Below are positions 15,455 through 27,551 of a stretch of 64,000 bases of DNA, in pieces. This stretch comes from Lytechinus pictus (taxonomy: Eukaryota). The number at the start of each line of letters is the position of its first letter. The stretch's first letter is position 1. A program made the translations under genes and the position numbers. The DNA is taken from the NCBI RefSeq assembly GCF_037042905.1, contig NC_087251.1, positions 12,588,001 through 12,652,000 on the forward strand. Direction: 5' to 3'. Under the pieces are notes generated by a model. That model was not told the origin of the DNA. It searched no databases and saw only the letters and a program-made list of their open reading frames with translations.

Positions 15455-15637
15455 TGTGTGTGTGTGTGTGTGTATTTGAGTTTTGTCAGACGTGTATCAA
15501 TCAGATATGATTATTTACGTCTGGGACCGACCTTTAACGTCACCATCCGAAAGACGTGACCAGGGCTCGAACCTCTGCATCAATTTGTAACTTCCCCGCA
15601 TAGCTTGGATTACAGGCGCACGCCACAACGCCCAGTT
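15455..15637 (-). mobile_element. SINE-like element with 7SL RNA-like head, B box, Deu/Nin-like core and (CA)n tail
   Basis: The minus strand reads ACTGGGCGTTGTGGCGTGCGCCTGTAATCCAAGCTATGCGGG (7SL/Alu 5'-like), then GGTTCGAGCCC (B box), then CGTCTTTCGGATGGTGACGTTAAAGGTCGGTCCC, then a CAGACGT..ACGTCTG stem-loop and (CA)9. Confidence 0.75.
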
Positions 15638-15827
15638 GTATGGTAGTATTCTTGTGTCAATGCCTTTTTCTGCCTGCAAATGTGCACGGTTTGGGGGAGG
15701 GGGGGGTAGGGGGAAAGGTCTTATACTTTGTTTTTTTAGCATTCTCACAAAATTGTTCTCGTTATAAATATATGAGTAAAGAAGGCTGTCATTTCCAACT
15801 CTCATCGCACTGCAATCATCACACTCA

Positions 15828-16003
15828 TTATTTATTTATTCATTTATTATTGTTATTATTATCATTATTAGTATTACTATTATCGTAATCATTATTATCA
15901 TTATTGTTATTGTTATTATTATTATCATTATTCTTCTCCTTCACCTTCTTATTATTAATGTTATTGCCATCAGAATCATCATCATCATCATTATGATTAT
16001 TAT
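15828..16003 (+). repeat. Degenerate (TAT/CAT)n low-complexity tract
   Basis: Runs of TTA/TCA triplets inside the piggyBac-like element. Confidence 0.85.
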
Positions 16004-18414
16004 TCAAAAATAATTGTTGTAATCATATCAATTGCATTCCTTCTGCAGCCAAACTCTCTCTTCATAAACTTAAGATCAGGTAAATAACGGTTCATATTCG
16101 CTTGTGTTTTTATAGCCCAAACCATTAAAAAAAAAGAATGATTGACATTGTTATGCTTATCAATATCATATTCAAACTTCTCACAAAAATATGAATCGTT
16201 CAATATTCTCCTCGAATAAAATAAGAAGAAGCAAAACAAATAATTGTGATAATTAAAACGGCCGATAATACCGCTTTATTCGTCTCAAGATTTTTTTTTT
16301 TTCAAGGTGGATGTTTTTCCTTTGCTAAATCAAACCATTGGTCAGAGAAAAAGTAAACGGAGTATACAGTAATATCAGATGTTTTGAGGAAAAGAAAGAA
16401 AGGGATACATTAACAAAACCGATCAGACCGACCTGTTAGTTGCTGCATCATTGACGTCACTATCAAGGGGATTTTAAAACGACTTTAGAGAGTAGAAATG
16501 AAAATGATAACGATGATAACGGGTTGAATATTACATTTCTTTATACCATGCATATTATTGTACACTATGTTATCTGAACAAATTATTTCTTTTACCACGG
16601 ATAGTGCTACGAGCTGGGGAGGCCCTGGGCGGATGCAGGAGTTTTCTGTAGGGGGGCAAATTGTTTTCTCTTTACCCGGGTCACCCATAAGAAATCAATA
16701 CCGGAACCTTTGAAAGTATTCAAAAGTCAAATCAAAAGACGCGCGTAAGCCCCGATTTCTATGAACATCCTGTGCTAAATTACTCTCCTAGATAATAGGT
16801 CAGGAGGGAGCGCAGATTAGAGATTCCTCATGAAAGAGAGTCTGGGCATCTATTGTTCATGACTTGGTGGCATGAACAAAAGAATGTAGTCACGTATAAT
16901 GTTAACAGGTGGCTACTTTGGTCAGACCAGTAATACAGAAAAAAATAGGCCTATTTTCTTTTTGAAAATTTGTATTGATTTTTTTGTTTGTAACTGATTT
17001 GCATTCCCTCTTCTTTGATTCACGAAAAATAAACTTGTTTTTCTTACTTCTGTGCACTTTGCCAAGAACGCCCATACTATTTTGTGGGATTTTATACCCC
17101 AAACTTGAAAGTATTGAATCTGTCCGACCCCTCTTTATCTATATTTCAATATATCATCTTTAGTTCTTTTATATTTTGTCTCCTTCTGACTGGCAATAAC
17201 TTTGTTTGTTACACTACGAATAAAAAAAATTACAGAGTCTTATTTTGAAGACTACACGAATGAAAGGGTACGGTTGGCCGCACTTTGAAGATACATGGCT
17301 CTAATATATTATTGTGTGTGTTTGCGTGGGGATCGCAGCTGCGCTGTGATTGGTCACTTGATTGGCGACAATGCCCTTTTTTCGAACAGGTCGCTTTCTC
17401 GTACTTCAGAGGAAATAACTTGAATAGCAAAATAGTATTTCATTCAAAAGAGCATTATTTTTCGTTATTTCTGTTTGTTCAATTTCATCAATAGATACGT
17501 CATTTGAAAGGGTAAACATTGAACTTTCATTTTATCTTCTTAATTTTTTGGTATCTCTACAATTCATCAGGTTATTTACTCTTTGAAATGTTCATGAAAT
17601 CATAATTTTCTAGGTTTTACTTATTGAAAAAAAACCGATGTAAAATATTGCATCTTTTCTCAATTTTTCCAAACGCGAATATGAAAGATAATAACACGAC
17701 TATAAAGCCCATGAACCATGCATCATTTCATGTGTAGAAGGTTTTATTATACAACGTACGGGTAAAGAATTATGACCGTTTTAAAATCAGTCGCTGCTCA
17801 CATTTCGGTCAATTTAGGATTCCCTCGAATATCCCTGGCAGTAGAGGGGTATTGGGCCTGGCAGAGTAAGAGTTAACACAACAGCAAGAGAATCTGAAAA
17901 GAATCTCATGCAGACTCGGGATGAAACGACATTAGCGCCTGCAAAAATGAATCCTTCTTAAAAAAAAACAATATTGGCCTACTACAGCTCTTTTGAGCAG
18001 CACCAGCTCAAGACTAAAAACTAACTCTCCCCTTTCCAACTTTGTCTACTTATACTTCTAGATTCTTACAAAGACTTTTTTGGTCTGCTAGAGGTCTTCA
18101 AATAGACCAAATGAATATGGACTAAGTGGGGTTTACACCATGACCCCCCCCCCCCCCCCCCCCTCTGTCAGATTGCCACTTATGATTTCTAATGTAGTTA
18201 AAACAAGGTGATCACAAGTAGATAAAGTTGAATACACAGCTAAGTTTAGAATCAGAAGTAGTTGGTTTTATGTAAACTGCTATGTGATCTAAAGTAGATG
18301 GTAACATAGTGTATTTGGAAAAGGGAAACCTGATAAAATCATCATTTAAAGAGTTAAGATATTCAGTTGCCTCAGACAAGAAAAATGTAAAGAAGCCGTA
18401 ATTCAAAACATTAA

Positions 18415-19075
18415 TGGTAGTTGTAGCTGTGGCGGCGCTAGCAGTAGTTTTGGTAGTAGTTTCAGTAACGGTGGTGGATATGGTGGAGGAAACAGATGGT
18501 CATGGCGAAAACAGTAAAATGATAAATAGTATGATTAGAGGTGATAATGATGAAAGTGTTGGATGAAGATACAATGGTTTACATGGTACGTGGTGATGTT
18601 GATTATGGTGGTTGTAGCTGTGGGGAATATGTTGATGGTGATGATTATGAAGGTTGTAGTGGTGGTGATAATGGTATGTGGTGATGATGGTGATAATTGT
18701 GATGATTATGGTAGATGGTGATGATGATTAAGGTTGTAGCTGTGGTGATTATGGTACTTGATGTTAATGATAAAGGAGGTGGCGGTGGTGATAATGGTAC
18801 ATGGTGATGATGATGAAGGTTGTAGCTGTGGTGATGATGATGAAGGTGATAGCGGTGGGGATAAAGTTATTGGTGATGCTGATAATGATGATGATGGTGG
18901 TGATAATGTTGGTGATAATGAAATGTGGTAGTGGTAATGGTGGGGTAATGGTGATGATGGTGATAGAGGTGGTAATGGCGGTGATAATGGTATATGATGT
19001 GTACAAATGGTACATGGTGATGATGCTGGTGATAATAGCCGTGATGCACAATTAAGAAAAGTAATGATGATAGAG
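18415..19075 (+). repeat. Degenerate (GAT/GGT)n repeat region
   Basis: GGTGATGATG/GATAATGGT triplet patterns with recurrent AAGGTTGTAGCTGTGG blocks. Confidence 0.9.
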
Positions 19076-22000
19076 ACAGATCATACTAACTACAGGCAGT
19101 GATATTGATTGAACATAATGAAAGTAGCACTGATGAGGAAGATGATGAGGACACACCAATAACCACAGACACAGTTCTACGCTGATGAGTATTCCAGGCT
19201 GTCATATATACACTAACATGCTGGTGCAGGATTACAACAATGACAATACTCATGAGTTTTCCTCCTCCTGATTTCTGCCATGCACACCCAGTATTAATTC
19301 CACTCATCAAACCATTGCCCTTGATAACAAGCATTCCTCCCCATCAGCACCCGTGCACAAAGTCAAAGCCCAATTACGACACTCGAGCCAAGGCTTACTG
19401 TAAATGAATCTGATGACTGTAATGGCATTACAATGTACCAGCTCACATGCTGACAAGTTTTTTGGCCTTGAGTTGCGAACATGAGTCACCTCCAGGTGAA
19501 TATTAATGTGACGTTTTGACTAATGATGCGGAAACACTCTCATCCTCAAGCTGGCTACCACTGGTAGGGGCTACAAAATCAATTTAGGGGGATGACATCT
19601 ACTCGCTTCCACCATGCGTATCCATTCATGAAGTGGATGGCTATGATGTAAATGTTCCTGCCATTTTAAATGTATTTTACACTTGTGCATGGCTGATAGA
19701 TGATGCCATGTGCAAAATAAGTCTAAAACAACATGGTCATTGAGGAAGGGTCGATTCAGACAAACTTGGAGAAATTACATGTAAACCCCCCCCCCCCCCC
19801 CCCCCCCCCGAGATAAGTACAAAATCTTTTCTAGGCAGTACCTTGGAGAAAGTACTCTGCACTTAATTATAGTCCCTCTTCTTACTCATTGAATGAGTAT
19901 TAAAAGATAAAAAGACAAAAAATAAAAGGCGTTATGTACAAAAAGATCTAATGACCCCATCAGCCCATTTTACTGTCTTTAATGTGAATGAACTTTATTA
20001 CATTTATTGTGGGGTTTACTTGAAACATTTAACTGTCTCTTGTGTGAATCGGATAAAAAAACAAGCATTCAACGTACATCAACACTGATGAAGATTAAAA
20101 TGTTCCTTCTGATAAATTGGTTCTAAGGGGCATTCCAAGAAACATAATTACATTCAATTTCAAATATCCGTCACAAGTTTGTAATATAGTAGTATTTTTC
20201 AATTTGAACTAAAACGAAACCATTTCATATTTTTTGTTGCAAGAAGCAGACAGCCATCAAATAGCATCTGGCAATTGATTGCAGAAATCATGACAGATAT
20301 TAATTAATTGCAAGTTATGTAAGCGAGAGGCAATACTAATAGCAATAAGACCCAATTAATCAAATAGGGTTACTATGGTCACCACTCACAAGACACCTAT
20401 TATCATAGACTATAAATTATCAAGGATATTCCTCAAAGTAAAAACTTCCCTGCTAGTGAACATTATACCCAAAATATTTCAATTTAAGCTATAGTATACC
20501 TTCTGAAATAAAAATCATATAAAATTGATTTGAAAAACGAAATAAATGTAATGAATAAAGACCAGAAACCACAGCATATATCTATTTCTAAATACATGAT
20601 GATCAGAAAGAAAATATGTTAGAGCAATAACATTACTGCTGCTTGGACTATTTGATAATGCTATTTAATATTCTTTATAATGAAAGCAATTCTCTTGATA
20701 AAGCATAATAAAAATAAAAGAATCACCACCATGACCACAGACATGCGATGATAAATATACTATTTAAAAAACGTAATGTAAACATTCAGTGTGTATAAAT
20801 TGAAAATTTTCCTTGAAATATCCAGCTTCAGTACATCACATTGTTATAATTATTTCATATTAAATATACACAATTCGAAGCAACTTCAAAAGTCATAATT
20901 TCCCCTTTTGTAAACCTAGAACCACATTATGACAATTTCCGACACTACAATACAAAGATTACATGCATCAGCAAACTTGTGTGCCCGCACGCACGAAGAT
21001 GAATCACTCAAATGAAGGGAATCGCCCTATTTCTGTGAGAAAATAATCAAATTGCACTTTTCAGGTATTTCCAGAGATTATGAATCATTCAAACAGCATT
21101 ACTCATTAAATTTGTACACTTGCTTTTTACTACAATAAGTACATGTACCTTTGTAGATATTTTCCATTTACAATCATTCATTTATACTATCATGAATATT
21201 ATTTGCACTAACCCTAACAACACACAAAAAGTATTTATACATTTTCATGCAGTAACACTGTTATTATTATCCATTGTACATTAATAGAATTATTTGATTG
21301 GAAAATACATTTTTATATCATGAAAAAGTACAATGACAGTTTCTTATTAAAAAAATCCTCATTATGACTCAGGAGTGCTAGCAAGAAAGATCTTTCAGAA
21401 TAGAATTCCATTAGTTATATTCACATCTGGCCATTAAAAAAATGTGTTTTTATTTTGATGAAAGTTATTTCTTCCATTGGATCAAAAGTTCTCATGATTT
21501 CCTTTAAAATTTTAAATATCCATGAGAACTAAAAGAATTTCCTACTGAAATTCTTGTAATTTTAAAGTACCGATAGAAGCACTTCCTTTTCATACCAGCA
21601 AAGTACCTAGAATTCACAAATCAGGGTAAAATCTCCAATCAGAAAATAATGGATGCTTTTTTCCAAATAATGCAAGTGTGAAAGCACATTATGACACAAA
21701 AAGTCAATCTTCCTATAACTACCCAATATGATCATGAAATGAGAGGTATGATCTTTGACTCAAGGACAGCAAGCAATTATACCAAAGATTGCATTTTTTT
21801 CATTCTCCACCTAGAAATGACTCATCCATATTGCTATGGCAATGATGCATTTATTTTCTCTAAAGTAGTAAAGAGAAGTATCATTATCATATTAAATTGC
21901 ATTGATATACACAGTATATGAAAAGCAATCAATTTTTTTCTATTTGTTGCTGGAAATAAAAAAAACACAATGAGATGAAAACTGGTGCAAAAAACAACCT

Positions 22001-24399
22001 TGATATGACCTTAATTACGAAAATGGATAGAAATAATATTCCCATGTTCTCTGAAAATCATGTTTCCATATACCTTCTACATCCCCCGTTTTTAAATCTA
22101 CCTGTCTGTCTCTATCTATCTCTCTCTCTCTGCTTATACCCTGCATTGCCAGTAGAACTGTTCAAATCGGTTCACCACTCACATCATACTCCATCAAATC
22201 AATGAGCACATCAAGTATTGGTTTTTCAATATGAAATTGACACTGAAATCACTTAAACCAATATTATTTCATCTTTGCACACTCACACACATCATATGCT
22301 ACATTACATTTATTTTAATGTGATTGTTCCAACATTATTTCCTACGATTTCACCCATTAATCACACGGACATGCCTCTGAGCAAGGCATGAAGGAAGCAT
22401 AATTAAGCAGCACTTTTCGCCCTGATCTTCACATTACAAATGAAGGATAGACGCATATGATTCGCACTTAACATGAGTCAGCTGATAAAACTTCTTTGCT
22501 CCCGACTACGCTAAAATCAATACATACTGTACAAACCTCTCACACGCACTCTTCTCTCACCGAGAGATTACGAGGTCATAAAAACATCTAAAAGGCTATT
22601 GTTTCATCACCTCTCACTCAAATTTAAAAAATACTGAAGTTTGCACGAACGTGAAGTCTGTTACAAAAGAGGGGAAGATGTGTTGCCTCTTTGCACGTAC
22701 AGTAGTTTATATCATTTTTCATCTTGCGGCTGTTCTTTACGACCTGCTTTGCAGGTTTTAATGATTGATAAGCGAAACCATAATGAGCTGTTGAAAGTGA
22801 TTCCAAAAGTAGGTATCCAGAAATAATTGTTACAATTTATACTATGACTGGATTGACATGCAAGAAAGTCAGAATGTCTTATTCAGAATATTTTTTTATT
22901 TTGATATTGTCATCAATGAAAAAAAAATGTTATTATATGAAAACACTTTTTTATTTCATCCTTTAAAAATCATATAAAAAAGTACAATGATACATATGTT
23001 AAATTGAAAGACTTGGAAGGAGAAATAGGATCTCATATCAGTTTTGAAGTTTAATCAGAAAGATTTAAAACTGAATTGCAGAAGATGCGTTATTATTTTA
23101 GTGAATAACCAGCATTGTATTTGTTGTATATTTTTATGGACAAACAAGTACTTCAACTGAGGACAAATAGAAATAAAAATATTATGTCAGGATAGATAAA
23201 ATATAAAAATATAATACATTCATTGCTTGACCAATATACCAAAAGGGTTTTAAAATGCATTATTTGTTTTGGGAAGCCATATCTAAAGAAGACTTCTTAT
23301 TAGCCATAAGGCTTATCAGTAAAGTAATAAAAAATATCTCTCCATTAGTTAACTGAAAAAGATACTATAGAATGAACCAAAAATTATGTGAAATTGCACA
23401 CTAACTGTAAAACATTGGGCATCATTCAAAGGGGTAAACCTTCAGGTATGGAAATCTATGGACATATTCAAAAGAATGAGTAGTGGTTAAGGTATTTTAA
23501 ATAAGAATCAACCATGAGTGACCCGTCCTTAACGATTCTAATTTTAGAATCTTCAAACATAACCCCTTCTCCTATGCCCTCTTTCAGTGATTTCAAGTGT
23601 GTAAAACAGCACTTGAATTGTGTATCTTCAGGCCTCTAGCATTGCACTGGTAGATAGAAAAGAAAAACTTAATTGCTCTGACATTACAGAGAGGGATGGA
23701 AGTAAGAAAAGATATTTAAAGTAACAAAGAAACATGTGGAAGAAGAGTTGGATATAGAAAGCAAAAATGGAAAAGCAACAAAGAAGAAAAATATACATCA
23801 TATATGATTAATTCATTATGATATCTTCATTTACTGCTTTTTGCAACTTTTTTCAAAACAAAAATCTGGACAAGAAAATACATATCTAAAATTTGACATC
23901 AACATTATAAACAAATAATTTGGTATATAAATCATCAAATTTATCATACACAAATAAACAATTTGAATGGTATTTTCTGTTACACAATAAAATTAATGAG
24001 ATGGTTGCAAGGGTGTGACAAAAGCAAGGCTTGAAAACTTGACAGCCCTGGAGGGGGAGCAAGGCAAGATAACATATAAAATAACCAAAAACAAGCATAT
24101 AATAATTAAATTAATTATATTTGAATTTTAGTAGAGGGGTTTGGATTGGGGCTTGGGGTGAGGTTAGGCCTATATACTGTACCAGGTAATCAAATAAAGA
24201 CAACTGCTGCAACCCTGTTCAAGGAAAAAAATGGATTTAACATTTGGATTTACTACTGCTCATGCTCCTAATAATACTACATAGTGATAATCATGAGGAA
24301 GAGAAGATAAGTTAAATATCAAAGACAGTGAACTAGAGAATGGCAAACAGAATAATATCCAGACAAAAAAGATTTGTCACAAGAAGTTGACTTGCGATG

Positions 24400-24873
24400 C
24401 TGTTATTGACTACCATAATTCTAAATCGTCATATCAGTCAATTTTGGTCATAAAATCGATTTTGATATTTTTGCAGAAAATGAAAGTAAAAGTCCTATTC
24501 TATTAAAAACTAAATTTCTAGGCAGCAATTTATTTTAGTTTCTGAGATATGAGGGGATTTTCACGGCGATACAAAATTTTTAAGAAAATGCGCAAAATCC
24601 AATTGGAAACGTGTACTTTAGCAGAGCAATACAACATTTTGACTTACCGCGATTTCAATGCGCGCAGTCAGCCAAACTGTCGTATCGGCCATCAGCACTG
24701 CATTGACTTCGCACGTGAATAGTGAAAAAAAGTGAAATTATAGTAAACTTTGAAGTCGATTTTCTCTGAAATGGGTCGCACCGTCGTATGTTTGATACGA
24801 CGGTTCGGCGACGGCGGACGACATGTACTTTCAATACTTCCCTTCAGGTGACAGGTGAAAAAAAAAGGCCCTA
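24400..24873. mobile_element. Probable truncated DNA transposon fragment
   Basis: CpG-rich block with a perfect hairpin ACCGTCGTAT-GTTTG-ATACGACGGT (24780-24804). It ends abruptly at GGCCCTA. No matching left terminus was found, so the left boundary is approximate. Confidence 0.35.
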
Positions 24874-26025
24874 AGAACATCAATCAGATTTTACACACAA
24901 ACAAACCAATATTCCCAACACCATTCTAAACATAAAGAACATTTGAATCGCCGTCATGAAATGCTATCAGAATCGATCCACACCTGAGGGAGATGTTAAA
25001 AGGAATTTCACAGTAATATATTGGGGTTTTTTATTCTCCAACTTTGAAGTTCCAACTTGGTGCTACAACCACTGGGGAAAAGAAGGCAAAATCAACCGTG
25101 TGGGCTTTTGACAGGCTTTATTGAATCGAGTCGTGAGATTCTTGCCCATTTTTAAACAGATTGCCAAGCTGTAAAGGCCTGAGGGACTCCAAATCCTTCT
25201 TTACGTACAGGTGAGATGCATGCTTCGCTGCTAATAAGACAACAGAGCATCCCGATAAAGCCTTCAAATGAGTTTAGATTTCTAACCATGCAATGCCTTG
25301 CGGGTAAAGAGTTGCCTTGATCAATCTTAAACCATAGTTCAGAGATACTTTCTCATTGTAAGTTATAAACATCAGGCTTTCCATGGGTAATTGGGTTTTC
25401 TAATAACCAACTATGTCATCTATACACTGGACATAGCCTATTCCTTTGCAATTTGCTTTACAGCCATCACACAATGAAGTGTACATTCATGTACAAATGC
25501 TTTGGGGAAAGACAATAGTATTAAGAAACATATTTCTTTTTTCAACATACATGTACCACTTAGTGAACTGGAATCAATTAGCTTGATAAACATAGTAATA
25601 ACATAGGCATGATTTCTTCTTCCATGCTAAAAAATTGTATTTCAGATATTAGCAGTGCGCTTGTTGAGTTTCCTAGAGAATATGATCCCTTTTTGCCCAC
25701 ATTACCAAAGTAACTAAAATTCAACCAGACAAACCTGTCCTTGACCTATTTGTGTCATAATTGATATACAGTATTGGGGAAGTCACATGAGCAGTGAAGT
25801 TCAATCGGAAATCAAATGAGAAATAATTACAAATCAGAGTGGAAGTGGTAGTAAGTAAGGCCAACTAGATTTAAACAGCTGTGTGCAAGAGGGAATTTAG
25901 CAGCTTGAGATTTCTAGAGAATTGGCTCCATTCTTGCTTTCCACTTGTCCATTCAATTATCATAATCTGCAAATCTTCTACCTGACCTTGACGCCTTTCA
26001 GGATCTCCGGCCCTCTAGGATAACA

Positions 26026-26498
26026 TGCTTTCAAACTGCCTCGATCATAAGAATCCCCATTAAATTACAAGAACTTTTTAGGCTAAAAAATACCCATTAA
26101 TTATTTCTGCATTCACACCGCCCTGAAACATACTCTTCGGGATAAGTTCCTGAAGTGACAAGCATGCGCAGTACGGTCTGATAAGCAAGCAAGGCGCGAG
26201 ATTCAAAATCACTAGCTCAGCAGCCACCCACGGCGCCCGCACCCAACTACACACTGGGCTAAAAGTTCCCGTAAATTGCTTTCACATTGCTAAAATACCT
26301 CTGCGACCTTGGAAAAATCCCTGCGAAAGTTCTCGTAATTTTGACAAGTACCTACTATTTAGTGGGTATTTTCTTTGGGGGAGATTACACGTAATTTGCT
26401 TTTACATTGTCAATATTACCTGGTATTTTCTGATCGGGGTAAATTTCCCGATCAGAAAATACCTGGAATGACGAACTTCGAGGCGGTCTGAAACCACC
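26026..26498. mobile_element. MITE, Harbinger-like, with internal palindrome
   Basis: Imperfect TIRs TGCTTTCAAACTGCCTCGA and TCGAGGCGGTCTGAAACCACC, internal TTCACA repeats, and a perfect hairpin with 17-bp arms at 26422-26463. Confidence 0.65.
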
Positions 26499-26665
26499 TA
26501 TAGTCACATGACCACTAGAATAGAATCGGAAGTCAATTTAAAAATCATGAAAACTAAGACAGGAAGTGGAAGGAAACCAATTTCAACCAAAGGATAGAAT
26601 AGGAGTGGTAACATTCTCTGGGATGCATTGAAGGCTTAGAAATGCAACGCATGATCCTGACAATA

Positions 26666-27551
26666 GGCGGTGCTGCACCATCCCGAGTTTGCTCAATCTC
26701 GAGATTTTAGCCCGATCAGCCCTCTTCGCGATTAATCTCGAGATTCAAGAAACCCCGTCTGCACCATCCCACGAAGAGCGATTCCTGCTCGAGCGAGGCA
26801 ACAAGCCCGATATTACGAGCATGCGCACTTTCGGATCTTGGAGTTTCAACGGCCCGCGCTTTTGAATAACTTCCCGCGATATGCAAGCAATGTACTCCTT
26901 TCACTAGCACTTTCGCCGAATTCAACCGGTGTTATGCAACAATCCTCTCAGCTCAGCGAGTGAAGAAGTGATGTATTCTTCGTTAAATATGATGGCGGAG
27001 TAGGAGGCAACGACAGAGAGAGAGAGAGAGGGAGAGAAGGAGGAAAGAAATGCTATTTGCTCACATTTTTCGAAGGAATAAGACAACACTGCTGTCAGTG
27101 TTGTTATTGAATATGACCATCGTCGATGAGCGCCTCCCCCTACCCCCCCTACGGTCTGGTCTCTCCCAAAATCCATTCACTGGTGGGACACCATCGTCGC
27201 TTATGAACGCTATTCGCATGTATAAAGTTGACTTTCGCACGTGTTTATGTTTTGACCAAGGCGGAAGTGGAACGCGAATTGCATTATGGACTGACGTCAT
27301 GAATAAATTACCCCGAGTCCAATCTCGAGTGCGTCTGCACCGACGAATTAGCGGGATAATTCGTAAAATAGCACGCTATTTTGCAAATAAACCCGATTTG
27401 ACTTGGGATTGCAATCTCGAGATTAATCCTACGAACTAGCGCGATAATTGCGTCTGCACCGCCAACTATCTCGAGATTTTTCAGATCGGGATAATTTGCC
27501 GGATCAGAAATAGCGCGCTAATTTGAAAACTCGGGATGGTGCAGACGGCCC
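26666..27551. mobile_element. MITE, Harbinger-like (~0.89 kb)
   Basis: Perfect 18-bp inverted match CTGCACCATCCCGAGTTT (26673-26690) and AAACTCGGGATGGTGCAG (27527-27544). Flanks are ATA and TTA. There are internal copies of GTCTGCACC and of the palindrome AATCTCGAGATT. The element is strongly CpG-rich. Confidence 0.85.

Larger units (their letters stand above)
14975..17872. mobile_element. Non-autonomous piggyBac-like DNA transposon (~2.9 kb)
   Basis: TTAA on both sides (14971-14974, 17873-17876) with termini CTCTT..AAGAG. Left GCCCATAGCCCTCTAGTGCCA matches the reverse-complemented right end GCCCAATACCCCTCTACTGCCA. TGGCAGCTATAGTTGCCCA is repeated twice near the left end. Inverted CCAAT-containing motifs lie at 15355-15370 and 17341-17356. 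No transposase ORF. Confidence 0.7.

Noticed and set aside
15595..15636. Functional 7SL/SRP RNA gene or human Alu contamination
   Set aside because: Similarity ends after ~42 nt. There is no S domain, no Alu dimer and no poly-A tail, and the flanks are continuous with the non-mammalian repeats around them.
18144..19809. Long poly-C runs (G runs in host sense), possible G-quadruplexes
   Set aside because: Homopolymers are common in such genomes, their lengths are unreliable in assemblies, and they occur on both strands.
26716..27439. Cluster of GC-rich ORFs
   Set aside because: All lie inside a TIR-bounded MITE and show no transposase or other domain motifs.
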